From the NCBI RefSeq assembly GCF_009914755.1, contig NC_060947.1: a stretch of DNA of 64,000 nucleotides; one strand, written 5' to 3'. Positions 63,975 to 64,000 of this stretch are shown here, in pieces. Made by a program: the position numbers and the translations under genes. This stretch comes from the human T2T-CHM13v2.0 reference genome, Homo sapiens. The notes under the pieces were generated by a model, which was not told the DNA's origin, made no database searches, and saw only the letters and a program-made list of their open reading frames with translations. The first letter of the stretch is position 1. Every line of letters starts with the position of its first letter.

Positions 63975-64000
63975 CTGGGATAAAATAGTGATAGCATATT
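63975..64000 (-). pseudogene. 3' end of a probable upstream exon of the ABCG pseudogene (TM4), running off the window
   Basis: Consensus donor CAG|GTAAGT; phase-0 reading YAITILSQ| fits the family xxxAQ|(S/G)LG position; only 26 nt visible. Confidence 0.5.

Overview
AT-rich, repeat-dense primate (very probably human) genomic DNA with no intact protein-coding gene. Nearly all listed ORFs are chance frames or Alu/L1-derived. Recognisable content: 12 Alus (J, S and Y types), L1 pieces from ancient L1M to a young L1PA2-like 3' end, L2/MIR, MaLR/ERV1/ERVL LTRs and MER DNA transposons. Two gene fossils lie on the minus strand. (1) An old intronless ORC1 retrocopy (~18.1-18.9 kb), recognised with high confidence. 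(2) At the right end, three exon-like blocks (63975-64000, ~58964-59057, ~58175-58448) with compatible splice phases that, read through frameshifts and stops, spell the C-terminal transmembrane domain (TM4-TM6) of an ABCG/White-type half-transporter. It does not resemble my recollection of human ABCG1/2/4/5/8 and is a candidate unitary pseudogene of a lost ABCG gene. Also notable: a recent complex template-switch duplication (29.9-30.5 kb), an L1 3' transduction, a twin-primed L1 and an old local L1 duplication. Repeat subfamily names come from recalled consensus sequences; boundaries of old repeats are approximate.
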